This document shows positions 12,351 to 28,294 of a stretch of DNA of 64,000 nt, one piece after another. The stretch lies in assembly GCF_009914755.1 (NCBI RefSeq), contig NC_060937.1. One strand, written 5' to 3'. The notes beneath the pieces were generated by a model that saw only the letters and a list, made by a program, of their open reading frames with translations, searched no databases and was not told the DNA's origin. The position numbers were made by a program, and so were the translations under genes. This DNA is from the human T2T-CHM13v2.0 reference genome, Homo sapiens. How positions within the stretch are numbered: the stretch's first letter is position 1; each line of letters begins with the position of its first letter.

Positions 12351-14449
12351 ATGCTGTTTCATAAATACTCACTGAAATTCACATTCTATTTGGAAACTTC
12401 TGTGTATATTATTTATTTGTATTTTTTTAATAGCCACTCATTGAGGAAAATGGATATTTTCCTCAATAATGCATTACTTCTTTCCATATCTAACAGCAAA
12501 TGAGTCAAGAGTAGAAGCATTTGAAAACCTAAACTGATATACTTCCACCTATGCAGGATCATCAATAACCCCACCCACGCATACATACATGTGCAGTTTC
12601 ATATGTGGTTCCACCACGGCTCCCATGCACACTGCCGTGAGATAAGCTTTTTCACAAATAGGAACTGACCAGCTGATGGACTCAGAAATTTTTGCCAAAC
12701 CAACTCCTGCTGACAAGTGTAAAATAATCAAATATTGAATGATCCTTGGAGGGAATGGGAGGTCGTTCTAGGGTTCATTTAAGTATATTTGAACTGATCA
12801 ATTAAGGAGGCAAACTTAATATCATGTGACTTATCAATTAAATGTCCATTCAAGTTTCCTAGTCTGTGTTATGAAAAGAAACTAAAACTTTAAATTCAGA
12901 TGGGTGGTCTGGAGACAAGACCAGCTGTGCAGAGAAAATGACAGGACAAAAAGACACAAAGTCCAAGGTAGATAAGCCTGTGACGGCAAAAGTTACAGAA
13001 TCAGGTCAATAAAGTGTCAGCATTTCAGTGCAGAAAAAGTACAAATTAGGAGCTTAGAAATAACTTAACTTGATTAAATTAGAAGGCTACAGGATAAGAA
13101 GACCACACACAGCAAGTAAAAAATAAACCTACATCTAATTATTGTTCTTTCAAATTATTTAGAGAATCATTATAATTGGAAACAAAAATTCCACGCTGAC
13201 AGAGGTGACAGCGTGCTTCAGGAACTGCCACCCTAATGCAAAACCACAGAATTAAATAGAACTTCTATTTATCATCACACTTGAAGACAAGCATGGATGC
13301 AAAAACTTACAACTTGAGAGAATTCAAGAACAAAGCAGAAAATAAGTATAAGTGAAGCCGATCACTTAACCTGAACTTAATAGAGAATAAAAAGCAGACA
13401 ATTTGCCCCAAAGCTATGCACATTTTAGCCATCCGTAAGTGGTCTTGCTACTACTTTTCCAAGTATTTTACTCTTAATTTAGGCATCTAGTAAAAACTGT
13501 GACATTTTCCTGTTTAAAATGAGGGGGGAAAACATTCTGAATATTTTAAATGCCTGGATTATGTCTATTTCCGAATCAGCTTCCTTTGCTTTCTTTACAC
13601 AAATATTAGAATTAAGAAATATATTTATACATAGGGAAGAAGAAAGGAAAAGTTTAGAGTTTCCTTCTTGGATATAAACAAAAAGAAAATCCTTCTCCCT
13701 CGCTTCCAGAGCCAAGGGGGACAATGAATATATTGTAATATTTGGAAAAATGTAGCTAACGCTTCTGAACTTGAGAAAATCTGCAAGACTAGACTCCCAG
13801 GAATTCGTTGTTGTCTGAACATATGCCTTGGCCAAAGGCTTGCTCTCACCCTAGGTACATAAATCATTACCAGTTTTAAGAAAAAAAAAAAAAGCTGTAT
13901 TTAAAATTCCACTTTTGTTGTAATCATGATGCCACAAAGCCCAAGGCCAATGAATGCTTTTGGAAAAAATGCTCCAGGTAAAGCCATTTCCCAAATACTC
14001 TCCTACCCTATGTTCCTCCACATCTGAAAGTTTTCACAATTCAAGCTCTACACATTATATATAGTTGAAGACAATTGATGAACAGCCTGTGAGCATCCCT
14101 TACAAATTAGAAACCATGTGAGAAAAGAAAGACTAGTCCAGCCATGAGGTCCTATCAGGGTCAGGTTGGCTGACTGTCCTTCCATCCCCTCCAAAGCCAC
14201 TTTGGACCTCCTTTGCTCTGACACTTGTCTTTTCCAGCTGCCTCCACATCACGTTCCGTTGGGCCCTCGATCTCGCCCCTCCATCCTTGTCCCATTTCTC
14301 ACATTACTTAATGTTGCTTTAGAGGAAGGGCTGCAGTGGGAAGGACACACGGTGGAGATAAAAGACCTTTTTCTTCCTTCTCTCCCTCCTGCCCCCACAT
14401 CTCCTCCAGGGCCATTTCAACAACCCAGCACAATGCTCATGGGAAACAG

Positions 14450-14943
14450 TATCAAGAATCAGGAAGCCTCTGAGCATTTGCTCTACATTTAAACTAGCAC
14501 ATTAGTCGGCGACAGTCAGGAATGCTGGCAAAACAGACAAGATTTGTGGGACCAGGAAGGACAGTCTAGTATTCACACTAACAGCTGTAGCCAGAGGATC
14601 AGCATTTGTATGCATACGCCTCAGTACTCCAAAGGGAGTGTAAATACGGCCAGGTGATGCCTGCCCAGCCAGTGAGCTATGTTAATAGCATAGAAATTCT
14701 GAGCTGAGGGAACCCAAATCTTTTATAAAACCTTCAGAATTGGAGGTATACCAGAGGGGAGCATTATCTTTATTATACAGAACAGTAAGCATGCCTGTTT
14801 TTGCTCCGAGGGAGACACCATCTCTATTTTCCAAGACTGTTCCCTGTACAGACCATTGAAAAGACAGTCAACAATGGGCAGTCAGGGCTTTTCTCAGAAG
14901 ATGAGCAGAAACCAAGAAGCCCAGGGAGGATGATCTCCCAGCA
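14450..14943 (-). mobile_element. LTR40-like ERVL solo LTR
   Basis: Reverse complement begins TGCTGGGAGA and contains GTGTCTCCCTCGGAGCAAA, GCATGCTTACTG, TATAATAAAGATAATG, TTATAAAAGATTTGGGTTCCCT, GCATCACCTGGCC, CTCTGGCTAC; ends TTCTTGATA. Confidence 0.8.
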
Positions 14944-15686
14944 CATCACTGTGCCATTGCCACTAGTGAGAAAACAAGTCAACCCTGGCAAGAATGCCTT
15001 TGCCGCCTAGGAGAGCTTCATGGGAATCTGATTGAAAGCAAATAAAGAAATGAATCAAAACAAAGCCCTCTGTAATTTCCCAGGGACCACTGACTGCCCT
15101 TAGGGACGGAAAGGGAGGAGGAGCAGGCACCCTGAAGAATGCCTGATCTTCTCGTGAATCTGCACGGACACAATACCTGTCAGCAGCCAAAACTAAAGCA
15201 AACCACCTTGGCTTTACTGAACAAGATAAAAAGGAAAAGAAAAAATAAGTGGTCATTAAAGTCCTGCAGAGAAAACCAAGAAGTGAGTGGCTTTCTCTGA
15301 GGGTTTACAAACTCGGTCTTTCTCCTCCTTTTTCATGGCCTACCCCACCTCTCCAACCCCTTCATGCTGAAGTCCCTGCTTTAAAACAGCACAAGTGATT
15401 TCTGGGATTTTAGTCAGCTTTTCCATCACCACTCAGAGAAGGGACGAGGAGGGAGAACACTTGAACTCATGAGCACTGGTGCAACTGCGGCAGAGTTTTC
15501 AGGTTGGAGGAATGAACACAACCACAAGCAATCACTTCTAAAGGAAGATGTTTTCTAAGCAACTTTTCTGAAAGGTTTTAAAATATAGCCATTTGCTGGT
15601 GAATGATTATCTTTATACATCAGGCGAAGACATTTACAGGTTGATTAATCTGGCGACTTTTTGCAAAGATTTTCCTAAGGTTTTGA

Positions 15687-16136
<450 letters not shown>

Positions 16137-16956
16137 TGACATTTTCAATGTTTACTTACTAATGCTCAGTGGAACATGCTGAAAAAAAAAAAGGAAAGGA
16201 AAGGAAATATCATTTGATTTCCTTTTCTAAGGCATGAACCTGAAAAGCTTCTTTAAGTACTGTATCTATTCTACAACTGCCAGCAAACATTGTCCCAGGA
16301 AACAAGAACTACCAGGTATAGTTTGCAGTAATAGAAAGTGAGGGAGAACTTCTCAACTTTCTCTATAAAGTGAGTAGTGATTGAAATGGGTTACAAACCC
16401 ATAAACACTTTATACAATGAAGATTAGAAGTTGCAAAAACCAAAACAAACAAACAAAAAAACCTCCAAAATCTAATGAAATTTCCACTGACCAAGGTCCT
16501 GATCCACCTAAGAGAGAGCAGCGGTAACCATCTGGTGCATAGAAACCATAAGTCAAGGAATTTATAATTCTGTCTGCTCTCTGGTTCTGCTAAATTGCAA
16601 TGCCATGTAGACAAGTAAGTCTAAAAGCTTACATCCTCTTTCCCCCACTTCTGATGGTGGCTAACTTTTTATTTCCTGGGTGTGAGTAAATTAGAACACT
16701 CTTATCAGTTAGGGTGTTCTCCTCTGGCAAGAAATCTGAATGAACATATGTAGTTTTTTTTCTGGCCAGTATTAGGTTGTGCTTGAGGTTTGAAACCCAT
16801 TACGGACCTCATGTTATAGGATAAAGTTCTTACTTACTTCCCCATAGATAAGCGGTTGCAAATGGTTGTATCAACAAAGGTAATTCTATCTAGTCCAGGA
16901 ATCAGATGTGAACTGTTTCAAGCGAGAGAAAGAGGGGAGGGGAGAGAATATGAGTA

Positions 16957-17329
16957 CCCATAGTCCCTGACTTAAATGGTTCAACTTAGTGAATTTTCAA
17001 CTTTTTGATGGTGCAAAAGAGAGACAAATTCAGTAGGAACTATGTTACAAATACCCATAAACCATTTACAACCATTCTGCTTTTCACTTTCATTACAGTA
17101 CTCAATAAATTACATGAGCCATTCAATACTGTATTATCAAATAGGCTTTGTGTGAGATGATTTTGACCAACTGGAGGCTAATGTAAGCGTTCTCAGCATG
17201 TTCAAGGAAGGCGAGGCTGAGCTATGATGTTGAGTAGATCAGGTGTACTCAATGTATTTCTGACACATAATCTTTTAAACTTACAATACGTTTACGAGAA
17301 TGTCGCCCCTCTTCATTGAGGAAAATCTG
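16957..17329. mobile_element. MER47A (TcMar-Tigger) MITE
   Basis: Collinear match to recalled MER47A (ACAACCATTCTG...CACTTTCA, AATAAATTACATGAG, ATAGGCTTTGTG, GGCTAATGTAAG); TA dinucleotides at both ends. Confidence 0.88.
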
Positions 17330-17701
17330 TATTGCTTGCTTTAAAGAATAATAAAGCAAGTGACGATTACAGGATATGGAAACCTTGATTGACTTTTCTA
17401 TGTAGTTTGCTCATTGTAGAATATTACTGATAAATATTAATAAATCTATATTCTTATGGTAATCCCATACACAATTTGATTTGTTACTTTTTCTGTTTTA
17501 TAGCTGGTTGATTTCTTAACATCCTATCTGTTTAATCCTAAAGAATAAAAGGAAAATAAAATGGCTAAATACCAGATAGGTTATTTGATGAGGATATATG
17601 GAAAATATTACAGACACATAATTTATTTTTAGAAAGAAATCCTCATACTGTCAAACTCAGTTCAGAATAGGCTGTCATCTTTGCTACTTTTCCTGTCACA
17701 G

Positions 17702-17790
17702 GAAGACCAGGTGAGAGTCAGCCGAGACCAGGGGCAGCCTCCTGAGAAGTATTACCTCAAGCAGCTTAATAAAGACAAATTATTTAAAAG
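17702..17790 (+). other. Candidate short terminal exon (or 9-nt microexon)
   Basis: Acceptor CTTTGCTACTTTTCCTGTCACAG|; internal CAG|GTGAGA at 17710/17711; AATAAA at 17768-17773. Confidence 0.35.
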
Positions 17791-18302
17791 TAAAGTTAAT
17801 GATGACTCTGTAACAAAGAGTTGAACTCTGATGAAATGTGGGACAGATCGCGCTTTGAAATGATCACTAAATTCCCTAATACCAAGAAGATACTCTGGGA
17901 AGAGAGAGGGAGAGCTAGTTTTTGGAGTGACATCTGGGGAAAGGGGTCATCAGTCCCTGGAGAGGATGGACTGGGAGCAGTCACACAACTGCAGTGCAGA
18001 GTGGCTGTGCTAACTTGACTGTGTAGTTATGCTTAAGGGAATAGATCACAAGATATGTAGACCCATAGGATGAGTTCATTGTCTGCTAATAGTTCTGCTG
18101 CCTTCCCAAAGTCCCAAATTTTAGAAGTCTTTTGTATATCAAATGTAATTATTTGGAACAGGTACACCTCCCCTAAGGAAACCAACTGATATTGGTGCAC
18201 AGGACTGCTGCATTCCCTGGAGAATATCAACTTGGCCAAGCTCTTTCCTCTCACAGCCTTTGCTACACTGTGTACTTGAACCACGCAAGAGAATACACTT
18301 AC

Positions 18303-18387
18303 CACAGTCACAACCTGAATGTTTCACAGGGAAGATAAATCTGAGTGCTGAGTATTTTTGTAAACATGCCAAGAGTTCTGACATTGT
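18303..18387 (-). other. Candidate internal exon (85 nt) on the minus strand
   Basis: Minus-strand CTAAT branch-like motif, acceptor GTTTCTTTTGATTCAG| and donor GTG|GTAAGT; no recognisable protein. Confidence 0.45.
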
Positions 18388-18594
18388 CTGAATCAAAAGA
18401 AACTTTGGTGAATGAGAAAATTAGTAGCTGTTCATAGAACTGTACCTTATGTGGAAGGTGCATCACACAGAAGATAACAGGAAGAATATACAAACTAATT
18501 TAATGTATTTTATTTCTCTAATTTTTCTTTTAAAAACAACAAAAATTCCATTTATTTCTTGTTTCATTTGGTTTTGTTCTTTTCCCTGAAACAG

Positions 18595-19060
18595 ACGTAT
18601 ACTCGATTCCAAACTCCCGTCTGACTTCACTGGCAGGAAACTTCATCCTAGTTATTCCTGGGAATCCCCTCTCAAGGATTTGCTAAGATCCCAGGTTTCC
18701 ATGCATGGCCAAAGATCTAAAGACCAGTCTTGAAAAGGGTTATGAATCCACCGTCCTTATCACCGATCCACAGACTCTCTCACTGGGCCTGGGCCTGGCC
18801 CTTAAGTTCTGGCAGCTCTGCCACCTCCACGCAGTGGCTGGGGCACAAGAAGCCTGGGGAACCCGGGAGGCATGTGTCCAGGAACCCAGCTGCTTGCAGC
18901 AGCACCCACTTATCTCACACGGGAATGGCTACCCACTGGCTGTACCCAGGGGACTCCCTTTGATGTCTCTCCAGTCTGAAGGAAACACCCCACCCTCTCC
19001 TCAAAAGCATTTCTCCCTAACGTCCTCACTTTAATAAATTTTAGCCTCACAAAAGCTAGA
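18595..19060 (+). other. Candidate terminal exon containing a 109-codon ATG ORF (18705-19034)
   Basis: Long pyrimidine tract TTTCTTGTTTCATTTGGTTTTGTTCTTTTCCCTGAAACAG|; AATAAA at 19033, 19089 and 19099; GC-richer than flanks (possibly an old LTR). Confidence 0.4.
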
Positions 19061-20851
19061 AATATTACTGTTGCATCATGAGGTCCAAAATAAAATGAAA
19101 TAAAATAGCTAGAGAGAGTTGTTGTGTTTAACCAGTGTTTGTTCTGAAGCCTATAAGAATCTGAGGTAAGATGAAAACCTAAGCCACAAAAGGAATCTAG
19201 TTGCCTTGAGGGTTTCGAGAAGGGCAGGCAGAAGATGTGCCACACAGAGAAAATGCCAATTAACTTATCGACAAATTATCCCCTCCGTTGTATCCTGCTC
19301 TGCTCCTGGCTATGTGACTCACTGATATTATCTGCACCTCCATTTTCTTATTTGGTATAAGTGGAAATTAAAATTCCTCTTCCCTCCTTCTTTGGAATGT
19401 AATGTCTTTTCCTTGTCTGTCTGTCTGTTGGTTTTATTTACTCCAACTAGATATCTTATTTAAAAAGTTATTACTCAAATCTATAGTTTTACACAGCATT
19501 GATAAGTCAAATATTGTATGTAGAGGTGGGGATGGATTGCTGTATACTGCTTTCATAGTTTTGATTATTTACTTCATTCTTGAGTACTTACTATGAGCTG
19601 GACACTGTGCTGTCTACATATAAATCATGATCAGACAGTCTTTTGGGGTCATCTTCTATGTTTTCCATTTCAATCTATCCCCAACACATTCATGGAGAAT
19701 TAGGAATGATCACTGCAAATCTGTTTCTAGAGAGATGATTTAATATCGCGTTATTAACAACACAATGAAAAATGAAGTTAAGGCAAGAATTTTTAAAACA
19801 TGAAAACACGGTTAAAGTTACATCACTCTTTAAGCAGAAGACTGCTTATTTATTAAAGGAAATGTGTCTTCAAGCAGTAGAAAAAGCATGTTTTAAAACA
19901 CAACTCAATATAAAAGAAATAAATGTATTAAGAAATATTAAGGTGGAGTTGATAATACGATGCTTGATATTTATAACAAAAATGCATAAAGTGGACATTC
20001 TCAAAACTTAAAAATCTGCTCATAATTCTAAGAAGTGAAATGCAGGGTGAGGGAAGAGAAGCAAAAACACCTAATCAAAGAGAGTTAGTGGCAGAAGACT
20101 CCTGAAAGCAATTAAGAGAGGAAATTGGGAGATCAAAGATCGAAGAGGGAAAAAGTGCAATGATAGTATGGATGCAAAGGTGGTCTTCCATATGGAGAGA
20201 GGGCAAGATGCCGACATGGGGTAGGAAGGAACAGAAAGATGAGATGTCAAACACAGCCCTGGGAGGTCCCGTTACGTGGCCCAGCTGCAATAGCAAACAC
20301 ATCAAGAATGAGAGCGCACCAATGAACCAGCAAACATTTTCACTCAGGTAAGTGGAGGCATGGAATTAAAAAGACGAAGGTTCCTACAGATGGGAAGTAC
20401 AAGAAAAACTAGAGCAGAAGAAAGAAAGAGTCTCATACATTAAAACTTGACAAATTCTTTGCTAGTTCAAATAGGTTTGTTTTTGCCTAGGATGTTAGTT
20501 TGTAAATGTCCTGGTCATAAAATAAAGCTATAACGTATACAGTGATTAAAATGAGATAGGGTTAAGTGAAATAATACATATTCTGTGCTCATTTTGTTTA
20601 AATCATTTTATAATTATGTGAAATTCCTCCAAAATCTTCTAAAAATTTTGCTTAGAAAGGATGACACATGAAAAAATGCTTGACATTTTCAAGAAAAAAA
20701 GGAACATACAGTAATCAGAATATTATTGTTATATACATTTACTGTGGAATTTATTTCAAATTAGTCTAAAACTTCTAAGAAAATGTTCTTTTTCTTATAA
20801 TTCTACAGTATTTTAAGATAACATATCACCTTTTAAATAACTAAGTAATCT

Positions 20852-21135
20852 GGCCGGGTGCGGTGGCTCATCCCAGCACTTCGGGAGGCTGAGGTGGGCG
20901 GATCACTTGAGGTCAAGAGTTTGAGACCAGCCTGGCCAACATGGTGAAACCCTGTCTCTACTAAAAATACAAAAATTAGCCAGGCATGGTGGCAGGTGCC
21001 TGTAATCCCAGCTACTCAGGAGGCTGAGGTAGAAGAATCACTTGAACGCGGGAGGAGGAGGTTGCAGTGAGCCGAGATCACGCCACTGCACTCCAGCCTG
21101 GGAGACAGAGTGAGACCCCATCTCAAAAATATAAA
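20852..21135 (+). mobile_element. AluS (Sx/Sz-like) SINE with small 5' deletion
   Basis: Alu dimer; GGCTCATCCCAGC lacks the GCCTGTAA segment; TSD core TAAGTAATC. Confidence 0.95.
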
Positions 21136-21716
21136 TAAGTAATCACATTTAAAAATGTAGATACTCTTTAAAATATTTTTATTATTTTAAAATATTTGAT
21201 TACTACCTATCCAAGAATAAAACCAAGCCACATAAAAATATATATTCTTTCTATTTCCTCATAAAGTGGTAGACTTTTGAACTTTATTCTGCTTTTCAGA
21301 TAAAGATTTACTAGATTTAAAATATGTTAAAGACAAGAATTTGTCAGGAGTTACATCACTGATTATCAAGAAACTCTCACAATTCATAAACTAGCAATGA
21401 AATTGACATATGTTCCCCCCCAGAGACATAATCCATGGAAATATTGAGCATTCTTGATTGAAAACAGTAGAGTTAGAATAGGCACATAAGCCAGTATTCT
21501 TCACAAATGCAATGTCAGCAATCCTTCCATTCTTTTAGAGAACCTTATGAAAATTAAACAGAAAAAAGAAAAAGAAAATTATAGATAGTCTGGTATGTAT
21601 ATTTTCCAGGATTAGAGAGAGCAGTCAATAGAGAAATAGTTCTCAATTTCATTTTACTACTTGTCGCTGTTCATTCAAAAAAGAATTTTCCTAAATCTAA
21701 TACCTATTTTGAGTAG

Positions 21717-21994
<278 letters not shown>

Positions 21995-23079
21995 TATAGC
22001 ACTCTTTTAAATAACATTTTTTTTTCTCAAAGCAAGAATAAAGAACAGCCTTGTAGACTCAGGAATATTGCAAGAGAGTATCGAATGGCAAATCAATAGG
22101 GTAGTGACTGCTCAACAGGCAGAATGTGAAGTGAAAGGGATTCTGAACACAGCATCAGTATATTGAATATTTTGTAAGATTATTCATACTCATATGCTAA
22201 GAAAGGGATGATAAATGTGGGGTCAAATTTTCATTCTTAAGCAGTTATGCTACTGATCTGAAGCTTTTACATAGAGGATGTTTAGAATGACAATTATTTT
22301 AAACTGCATCAGAGTTAACAGTTAAGTGTCCCTGAAAATTCTAAACATACTCAAATGATTTAAGGAATTATTAGCTTCTTCCATAAAATGAGCCTAAGTA
22401 TTAAATATGTGTCTTGAAGTAATGTATGGGATCAAATACTGATTTAATCTAATAAAGTCAAATTACACAAAAAATAACCTTCACTATTCTTCCTTCACTT
22501 ATGTGTTTAAACACACAGGAGAAACTTGCAGGGCTGCTGATACCCATCCTAAGGCACATTCTACAGATAACAGAAGACTTTGTTCACTGGATCTTTTCAT
22601 TCAGAGCCTTTCATGAGCTGTGAATTCCCTCTAAAAGCACCTATCAGCATGAATAAACTGATAAAAGCAAATGTGTGGAATGCCTTTCACTTAACTAACA
22701 GGCATGACTCCAAATTCTGGAACTCACACTGCTTTCATCTGAAACTCTACCCCATGATGATAGCAAACACGATTGGATGGAAGGTCCTTCACTAAAGTTA
22801 CAAGATCTTTGGACTATTGTGAAGTGATAGCTAATGGAAAGCTTTGTCAGGCATAATCCATTCCTGGACAGTGTTTCCAATGATCTCCTGTGACTGTGGT
22901 ATTCCCATTTCATACACAAAGTCAGATTAATAAATTCCTTCAGCCTTCTCAGAACATCCATGTATTCATCTGTTCATTCAACAGCTGGCACCCTGGGGAA
23001 TACCAGGGTGACAAAGTTATACCCTGTGCCTCCAGTAAAGACATCATGCCTATAGCCAAGTTGATTTAAAAAAAAAAAA

Positions 23080-24900
<1,821 letters not shown>

Positions 24901-24945
24901 ACATGTAACAACAACAACAAAAGTTTCCAGAATACATAGTAGAAT

Positions 24946-25310
24946 CTCTCTCAATCCATTTGGGCTACTATAACAAAATCTATTAAATTGGGTAATTTAT
25001 AAACAACAGAAACGTATTGCTCATACTTCTGGAGGCCAGAAAGTCCAAGATCAAAGCACCAGAAGATTCAGTGTCTGGTGAAGGCCCCATCTCTGCTTCA
25101 GAAATGGTGCCTTTTTGATGCATTTTTACATGATGCAGGGAACAAGCAAAATCCCTTGGTTCTGTTTTGTAAGGGCGCTAATCCTATTCATGAGGGCTCC
25201 ATCCTCCTGACCTTATCACCCCCTAAATGACACACCGGTTAATATTAATGCAGTGGTAATTAGGTTTCAACACATGAATTTTGGAGAACGCACATATTCA
25301 GATCCCAGCA
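24946..25310 (-). mobile_element. MLT1A0-like MaLR solo LTR
   Basis: GGGCTACTATAACAAAAT, TTCTGGAGGC...AAGTCCAAGATCAA, CTAATCCTATTCATGAGGGCTCC, TTAGGTTTCAACACATGAATTTTGG. Confidence 0.85.
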
Positions 25311-25619
25311 GAATCATACATATCATTAAGAAGAAAACAATCTTACAGAAATATTGGCAATGCACAAAAATGGCCATTCATACAAATGGCCCAAAACCAT
25401 GTGAAAATATTCTCCACCTCATTAGTAATCATCCAAATGTAAATTAAGACCAAGATAAAAATATTTTATATCCCTTAGATTGCAAAAATTATGAACTCTG
25501 ACAATATTAAATTTTGGAGTGTTTGGACCCATTGAAACACTAGCACAGTTTTGTTAGATGTAAAATTTAGTACACCACCTTTGGAAAACCATGTTGACAT
25601 TGACTTTTAATATCTGCTT

Positions 25620-25827
25620 ATCCTGGCCAACATGGCGAAACCCTGTCTCTACTAAAAACACAAAAATTAGCCAGGTGCGGTGGCGTGTGTCTGTGGTCCC
25701 AGCTACTCAGGAGGAGAATCGCTTGAACCTGGGAGGCGGCAGTTGCAGTGAGCCAAGATCATGCCATTGCACTCCAGCCTGGGTGACAGAGCGAGACTCC
25801 AACTCAAGACAAAAAAAAAAAAAAAAA
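25620..25827 (+). mobile_element. 5'-truncated AluS inside an L1ME relic (~25330-26040)
   Basis: Starts at TCCTGGCCAACATGG; right monomer and A tail; flanking repeat TGCTTATCC. Confidence 0.9.
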
Positions 25828-26171
25828 TTTTGCTTATCCAACAACTCAGCCTTGGTGGGGTAGAAACAACCCACCAAGTTGTCCTACATGTGTACCTATA
25901 ACCTGAAGAAATGCTTTCCACATATGAGGAGATAGGTACACAATCTTTATAATTATTTCTGATAACAAAGAAAAAAAGTGGAAATCAACTGCATGTTTAT
26001 TAACAACAAAATGGATAACCTGTAGTATATTCAAGAAATATAAGCTATTACATTATTTTTAAAAAGTTTTTTAAAAAAGACTTTTTTATGAACTATAATT
26101 CTTCTCCTCCTGGAAGTGTTAGCCCTGACCTGCAGATGCAGAGCAATGAGAGGCTCAGCAGGAAACCCACG

Positions 26172-26325
26172 GGCTTTGCTCATCAAAGTGTAGGCCCAGA
26201 ACCAGCACTGGATCACCTGGGAGCTTGTTAAAAATGCAAAACCTGTAGCCCCATCCCAGACCTACTGGGTCAGAATCTACTTTTTAACAAGATTTATACA
26301 CACATTAAAACTGGACAAGTATTGT
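26172..26325. mobile_element. MER5A1-like MITE
   Basis: TCAAAGTGT...ATCACCTGGGAGCTTGTTAAAAATGCA...CCCAGACCTACTG...CAGAATCT...TTTTAACAAGAT. Confidence 0.85.
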
Positions 26326-26542
26326 CCTAGAGTCACTGTACTCATTATTCAGTACAGCATCAGCTAGTTAGATCTTCTATTGCATTCAAATATTGTTTTC
26401 AGAGATTCTACCATTATTCGCTCAAACGTGCATGAATGCATTAAACACTCCCTGAGTTCCTTGTACAGGCAAGCACCTTCTTAAGTGATAGGGATACAAA
26501 TAAAATACTCTCGGGCCCTAGTCTGAAAAAGCTCACAGATGC

Positions 26543-26589
<47 letters not shown>

Positions 26590-26705
26590 TACACACACAC
26601 ACATATACACACACACAAATATACTTGTGTGTGTGTATATATGGAAAATTGTGAGTATATACTTGTGTACTTACATATATATGTATGCACAAACATATAC
26701 ATACA
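26543..26705. repeat. Compound (TA)n/(CA)n/(TG)n microsatellite
   Basis: Direct inspection. Confidence 0.95.
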
Positions 26706-27222
26706 ACTTGCACAAGGTATGTAACACACATGACCAAAGCGAATCTTTTCATTCATACTTTTCCCAATGTTATGGTAATGTTACACATTGTTTACATAAT
26801 TATGTGCACATACCCGTTTTATTCTCACCTTCTGTCTTAACGTATCCCTATCATGGGTAGTGATCATGGCTCCTTCTAGTGATACAACAGTTTCACTTCG
26901 TTTTTACCAATTTTCTGGGCCACATCACACATTACCTTCACGAAATTTAAGAACCCAGACAATAAGCTGAGCTCTGGTTACCTTTTGTCCTTAAGCTTGG
27001 AACAGAGAGCACAATTTTCAGCTAAATCTCCTGGGCTGCCCCAGACCCAATTGACCTTTGAGTTGATTTTAGAATGACCAGCTCAGGCACTAATTCAGAT
27101 AAAGTTTGAGAGGGGTCAGTAATAGCCCTAGCATAAATTCTACTGTGGTATACAATACTTTTTTTACCATCCCAAAATAAAATTCCTTATATATCTTACG
27201 TATATACTACGCTTAAAAATGT

Positions 27223-27727
<505 letters not shown>

Positions 27728-28004
27728 TTATATTAGACTCAAATCCAGTGAGTCCTGTTGCTATCCTGGACTTGGATGGTAAACAGTTCTTGGTATGATT
27801 TTGAACCAAAAAATGCAAATATACCTCAACTTTTACAGTAGCTGTATTCCTATAAGATCCATTACCTATATTAAACTCATGCCAAAGAAATACTATACAT
27901 AAAGCAGAGTTATTTAATGCTTTTTTTTTTTAACCTGGAAGATTATTTGTTGAGACTTTAGAATTTTGTGCAGAACTCAGGATAACATTCTGCTTTTCAG
28001 TACA

Positions 28005-28157
28005 AACCTGGCATTTGGAGGATGTCTAATATCCTTGGCCCCTGTCCAGTGATCATTCTGACCCCCAGTCCATTGTGACAACAAAAGTTGCCCCCAGGAA
28101 TTTCCCTGGAATAGAAATCCTCTAGGAGGCAGCACTGCCCCATTGAGACTGCTGCTC
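28005..28157. mobile_element. MER20-like hAT MITE fragment
   Basis: ATCCTTGGCCCCT...CCCCAGTCCATTGTGACAAC...CTGCCCCATTGAGA. Confidence 0.6.
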
Positions 28158-28294
28158 TAAACAGGCTTTGTGGTGGGGAAGTCCCCAACTTTGACACCCA
28201 CATAGCCTTAGGAAAATAGCCAATTGTCTCTGTCTAGAATTTTGTTAAGTGAACGTTTACCTGCATGACTTTCGTGTTTCCTTTTTTCCAAACA

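Noticed and set aside
13192-13220. AGAGGTGACAGCGTGCT resembling the LTR12 5' end, inside a 7-bp inverted repeat
   Set aside because: The match stops after ~17 nt; no LTR body follows.
26441-26860. ORFs rich in HT/CV/YI repeats (also at 40619-40977)
   Set aside because: Translations of dinucleotide microsatellites.
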